Source: Acanthaster planci
Lineage: Eukaryota
Reading direction: 5' to 3'
DNA: 64,000 nt
NCBI RefSeq assembly: GCF_001949145.1
Contig: NW_019091356.1
Span: 2,178,932 to 2,242,931, forward strand
Shown: piece by piece, positions 58,016 to 64,000 of the stretch
How the letters are laid out: each line of letters starts with the position of its first letter
Position numbering within the stretch: position 1 is the first letter of the stretch
Notes under the pieces: generated by a model
The model's database searches: none
What the model saw: only the letters and a program-made list of their open reading frames with translations
Told to the model about the DNA's origin: nothing
Position numbers and translations under genes: made by a program

Positions 58016-61000
58016 TTAAGCTCTAATTCCTTTGCTCCAGTCTCTCTCATCATTACCTCCACGTGTTGGCAGCTGGTGAAGCGGCTGACGCCGTGGTCGC
58101 GCGCCGCGCCAGTCGGCAAAGTGTGACTGAGTGTAATTGAAAAGTAACCCTGCCATTACTGGCCGGCCAAGGATGCAGCAGAAAAAGGAGCGAGAATGCA
58201 TCTCTCAACAGATTCCATTTCAATTTTAGTAGGGGAAAAGAAGTCTAAGCTGGGGATGATACGATGAGATTTTATAAAAATCCTCCGACTTAATGTCTCC
58301 GTGTGCATGACTTATGGTCAACTGATGAGAGGGGCCCACTGCATCTTTATAAATGAACGTAAATTTGGTTTGACATAATGCCCATCGTGGACTCACAGGG
58401 CTTTATGAAGGGGATTTATCAAGTCTTCGTGAACCACATTTGACATCATGGAGGTCAAAAACATTGATGACAGTGGAGCGACTGAAAACCAGATTGTGCA
58501 AATTTGTTATTTTCTGTTATTTTACAGCTGCAAGGGAACAAATGTTTTGTTTCGTTAATTGGTAATGTTGTTAAATATTAACTGACATTCCCCAAATTCC
58601 ATGAGTTTAAACTGTATGTGTCCTTCATGGGTGTTGTATTACTGTATTAGGCAAATAAAATCTACTCTGGTTTATTTTTTCTGTAATTTATTTTTTTCTT
58701 GATAAGTACACTGTATTGTTTTAAGGTTCAGCTCACTGTACAAGTACATAGCACATTTAGGCCAACATGTTTTTCATTAATTTTAATGAACAAGTGCATG
58801 GATTAGGGCCCTCCCACATTGCACAGAGCCACCACCCACATTAAGGTTCCTGCACTTTCTGTTCCACCCCTCCCCCAGAAGAGGACCACATTTTATTCCC
58901 ATTCAGTTGGGCCATTTCAACAGGCCCAGGGGCTCCCTGCAGTGGTTTGTTGATTAATTACCAATCCAGGTCAGGTGTCAATTAGCCAGAGACCAACTTG
59001 CCTGAGTGATTGATTGACTGATTAGAGCCCCCTGGTCTCATTATCCATCCTGGCCAGTCAGGTTGTTATCCTCTCAAACCTTGCCCAGTTTCTTATTAAT
59101 TTGCTGATGAGTCTTGAGTTTCCCTTGATTAATAATCTATCCAAGACAATTGTGTCAGGCAAACCTGGAGATTGAAACATTGGTTTAAATAACCCTGGAC
59201 ATTTGCATCAGTTATAGGAACAGTGGAAAAAAGGAATAACTGGTTTCTAGAATCTATATTTTTCAGAGAATTTGAATGAAAAGCTCAAGATCAAAATCAT
59301 GAATTCCTCTGATGAAATAGCTGGGAAAAGACAAAGGTCAGATGAAATATATGCATATGTGGCTGAATCTAAGGGGGAAAATATCATTTACTATTTAAGC
59401 GTTACTTTAAAATGTTAATTTTTCATTTTTTTTAAAGTTTGGGTTCCATTTTTTTGTGTTGCTGTCAATTATATTCTTGACGGACAATATTCAGTATATT
59501 ATTCTTCAACTGGTCAAATTGCAGATAAGATTTTCTGCGATTAAAGCTGTGTACATGTGTGAGTATTTTGAGCTTGGTTGAGAAGTAATTTTGGAATGGA
59601 AGCAACCGAGAGTTAATGAGATTGAGAACCGCTTTGTTTGGATAGAGAGTAGAGCAAACAGTGACCAAAAGAAAAAACATGTCAGTGGAAAAGAAAAGGG
59701 TCTGCGGGTAGCTTGGAAGAGAGAGACATATTTTCCGTTAATTACAACGAATGCCAGGATGCCTGCCGTTTGCTCAGTCATGAAAAGTCATTGCGTCTTC
59801 TCAAATTTCATCAGTAATTCGCCCCCATCCAAGCGGGCTAAAATGAAATTATTGGCAGCCAGTCAAGCAGAAGGTAGTTGGGAAGGGGGGAATTCAAAGC
59901 CAACAAATTCTCCCCCCCCCCCCAAAAAAAAATTTGCCTATACACAGAGACCCTTTCTCTCGCAACCATCTGCAAAAAAATTTGATCATGAAACTGCTGG
60001 TCCGGCACTTTATTTGCTCAGTAGACGTGGCGAGAAGGGATGGCACCGGGGCACCAGAGGAAAAACAAATATTAACCTTTGTATTTCTTGCAGGGCAGGA
60101 AAAAAAATCACATGTGCAAGAAATTTTTGGCAATAGGTGGCCCAAATGTTGCCAGTGTAGCCAACAGTTAATTGTCTTGTTCGACCAGTGTTATCAAAGA
60201 AATGTTTGAGAACTTGCAATAAAACAGTGCAATTTAATTGCACGGGGTGGTAGGCTGTGGACACAAGCAGTGCACTGGATGAGTCCATTCAGTCATAGGG
60301 GAGGCAGGTTTTTTGTGATAATTACAAGCTTTTGATTGGTTGGAGACTTCAATTGATCAGACAGGCATGGGAACTCAGTAGCACAGTGCACAGCTGAAGT
60401 GTGGAGATCACCTGCCATGGTACTAGATGTGTAGTCCCTTTATTGCCATTGGTACAACTGTAAAGCAAGGAAACAACAACCTTAATGATTTCAAATTCTA
60501 TAAATGTAAAAAAAAATGCATATATATTTAGAACTGGTATTGCCGTTGCAGATGCTGGAATTTTCTGTGTTGTACAGAATTGAACATAGATCGACAACAC
60601 ACAGAGTTAGAGTTTGCATCGGAAGAGGTTATTGATATACATACATGTAAGTATATTGTTCTCATTTGTCATCAATAATATCTGTCGTTGCTCTTTATTT
60701 GAATGAAATATTTGTGTGTGTTTTCTCCATGAGAACGAACACCCTTCATTTGACCTAAACAGTTGTAACTCTAAATGTCATATATCTTGACATCTCGGTT
60801 CTGAAAATACGTGTGGGTTGATTTGCTGGTCATAAGTGGAAGCCTGATGCTCTGGATGGGAATGCGAGACTTTGTGAAAGTTTTCCAAGTCAAAGACTAA
60901 TCCAAAGTCAGAGAAAATTTGGGGTAAGATTGATGGAACCAGAAGAACCTCCAGGGATCCTTGAACCTGGCACCAAAAATGAAGTACTTGATCATTTTAT

Positions 61001-63315
61001 TTAGTTACATGATTGGACTGATGAATTGTGGTTACAGTACACAAGTGTTTGTTTGACTTGTATTTTAGCTCCATGCCACAGGATGGCAGACCCTCTGTTC
61101 TGTTGGTGTTGGGGGTAGGATGGCAGGGAGAACATACATGTAAAAAGGGCCATTGAGATTTGAATTTTTAGGGCTACCTCCAGGTTTATTTCTTTCTGTA
61201 CATATTTTTTTTCTTTGGACATTTTTTTTCTTTGGACACTGTGTGGAGTGAGGAGTCACAAACAGGGAAAGTCACTCACATTGTTTCTTCTCTGCTTCAG
61301 AATTTTCTTGGAATCAGTTTTCAGATTTGTTTGTCTACTTGCGATCTGACATCCAGTACAGTAAGCTTCACTTGTATTTGTCCTTGTGCTGGGCTTTGGT
61401 CAGTGTGAAGGTTTGTGATTGTGAATGGTCGAAACCAATGTCACTGTTAGAAACCGTGTTTGTGCACCCTGAATCCAGGGCTGCACTGGTCAGTTGGCCC
61501 TTTGTGTTGTGTACATTGGACAAAGAAAGAATATGGCGTGTTCCATGGCCTAGATAGAATTATTTAAGCTTACCCTTTTTCCTTCATTTCGACACAAAAG
61601 TCCAGCTGAAGTTTGCCCTCTCGGCCTGCTGATTGTCAGATTTTTTAACAATTGCTTGCTCCAGTTCAGTGTGAAGTTGCTCTAATTCTAACAATCTAAG
61701 TATTTTGAAGGTTCGAATGAAGTTTCAGGGAAATTGGACACTTTTTGTCTGCTGCTGACTGAGGAAAAGGGTAAAAACGTATTGCAAAAATGTGATCGTT
61801 TTTTTTTCTTTTTTTTGGCCAGGGGAGAGGGGAAAGGTTCATACCGACAGGAGGATGGCTTAAAAAGGCAAGATAAAGATGTTTAAGGGAAAAATCCAAT
61901 CCTTGAAACCTTAAAATTATGACAGAACACTTGATTAAGGTTTGTGAACATTAAAAGAAGTAGAAACTTGAGGATCAGTTAAAAATAAGTCAGCTAAGTA
62001 CACGTAATTAAAAAACAAATCTATCAGAGCCCTCTCTTTCAGCAGTATATTGTAGGAGTGACTTTGATTTTTTCCGACAAAGTGGCTGTGCAAAACCATT
62101 TGAAAATATTTGAATTCTTTCGTCAAAGAATTAGTTGTTTGAGTTGATGCAGAGCTTCTCAAAGGAAGAGAGCGTTTTGTGAATTTATTCCGGCAAAGTG
62201 GTTTCAAGGATAATATTTGTTTATAAGGTTCTCCCTTTCCCCTTTGAGGCAGCCCGACAGATGTCAGTTGAAGTGTGTGTGTGTGTTTTTTTTTTTTTTG
62301 GTCGTTCACAACCCGGGAGATAGAGGCACAATGGAAGGCCTTCCAGGCATCAGATCCGATTAGGCGGATTAGCTGGACCGTACTGCTCTGAAATTAGCGG
62401 GATTAGTGCGGGACACGACCAATGGAGCAAGTGATATGACCAGGGGGATCGCATGTAGCTTGGCCATAAGCAAGGAAGAGACGCCCGATCTCACAGCTGG
62501 CAGAACAAGGCCCCAGGGCCACTGTATAAAAATGTGTGTGGGTTTTTCAGAAATTGTGTATGAAATTTGCCCAAGGCCAGTGAGCAGGCAAACTCGCATC
62601 TTTCAAAAGTGCAGGAGGCACAAAAACCATCTCGTGGAGTGTTCGCTCACTCGGTGTAGGTTCACAAAGTTCAGTGGCACCACTTCGGCCTGTTTCAGTG
62701 CCGATGTTCTTCTTGTAAGCAATGTTTTAGAAAGCCAAGGTGCTTGTGTTAATTGCATTTCAGTATGTAACAAGCTTGATGAGATTTTCAGTCAGTCACG
62801 CCTGGTACAGAGGTCTTTCCGGCAAGTGTACTCCTGGGAGAAATGAGAACAAGTGTAGGGCTTGGAAAATGCAGAAATATCACTGTCGGAAGTTTTCCTG
62901 TTCTGTGTTTGTCAACTTTCTGTCGTTTCATCAAAGACTTGTTTAAGCTATGTAGCACAACAATCGACAAAAAAGTTCTTGATGTGTCATTTTTTCCAAA
63001 TATAAATCCCTCAAAGAAATAGACAGGATTTGGAAGATTGCTCTCTTAATGATAACCTTCTAACTGGAAATGCGACATAGCAGGATTCCAGTGACAAATC
63101 TCGTTACATCATTCGCAGACACGAAAATATTCAGGTTACATTGTCTTTGCGGGGTGTTTTTTGTCCTTGCAGTCTTGCACATATTTCCACTTACTGCCTT
63201 TGTAGCAGTTTGCCGTTTCCGGTTGAGTAACCACCCATGGTGCAAAATACTCTCGGGAGGTGGGGGAGCTAAAGCTCAGTAGATCATGGGTGATGATTGC
63301 TTTCTTCTCTTCCAG

Positions 63316-63386
63316 AATCCGAGTTTTGTGTTCAGTGTTTACCTAAATTCTCATGAAAGTAGACTCTAGAGATCTTTTGTTGGAAG
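63316..63386 (+). other. Candidate internal exon (possibly containing the start codon MKVDSRDLLLE) of the downstream + strand gene
   Basis: Strong acceptor tttcttctcttccag| and donor GAAG|gtatgc; ATG at 63353; no recognisable homology. Confidence 0.25.
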
Positions 63387-64000
63387 GTATGCCCGCACTC
63401 TACGTGCCCAGGCCGCAATTTGGAGTTTTGATTTTGGATTTGCTCAGCAAGGATGACACGCTCTTTGTATTCCATTCAGTACGGTTTTGTGCACTTTGGG
63501 GCCTGTGCCTGATTCGAATGCACTTTTCCTTGGCACAATTGTGCTTCTGGTTGAAGGACATCCGGTAAAGCGCCAGAAACATGCTCACAGACTGTAATTC
63601 ACCTCGAAGGAGTGCTTTTTAGAGTGTTTTCAAAATCTGTCTCCCTGGAAGTTACCCTCCCACTGTTAAATTGGTTTAGTTTGAAGTGGGCGTCCCCTAC
63701 TTTGACTGTAGGCATGTTTTGTTTCAAGTCTACATTTGTACCAAAATCTTCAAGAATAGACTTCCCCATTAATGCTGTGTGCTTTTGGAAGGTTTTGAAA
63801 GGTCTGACAATTCTATGGCAAAATGGCCAGTGCATAGCGGGGTTTAAATAAAAAAGAGATACAGTGTGTTGGAATGCTGAGTTCCACAGGCCAAAATGAG
63901 TCAGATTTTAACAAGTTTGTTCAGCTGTAATCTAAGATTTGTTTGTTTGATTGATTAATTTTACAATTTACATGTATTTATCCCTGGCCAACACTTCCAG

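Noticed and set aside
59591..60136. 181-aa ORF
   Set aside because: It starts at a non-ATG codon, runs through homopolymer tracts, and shows no recognisable domain or exon-like boundaries.

Overview
Intron-rich animal genomic DNA, most likely an invertebrate deuterostome; the repeat families suggest a sea star or other echinoderm (inference). I reconstructed six genes by hand from splice sites and reading frames. (1) The 3' part (13 exons) of a CPAMD8-type thioester protein (+) with an intact GCGEQ, a Kazal domain and an unusual ~380-aa acidic tail. (2) SAC3D1 (-), head-to-head with (3) TSTD2 (+), whose third exon carries a 1-bp frameshift. (4-6) A tandem cluster of three minus-strand secreted-protein genes, each with its own signal-peptide exon, built from 17 copies (5+2+10) of a ~140-aa four-cysteine domain I cannot assign to a named family; the largest gene also has three Kazal domains and Gly/His-rich linkers. 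This cluster is the best candidate for an undescribed system. Introns hold tRNA-derived SINEs, several MITEs and a long degenerate foldback element centred on a 188-N gap. The last ~7 kb look like the 5' end and large intron of a further + strand gene. No database searches were run, so all family assignments come from motif recognition.
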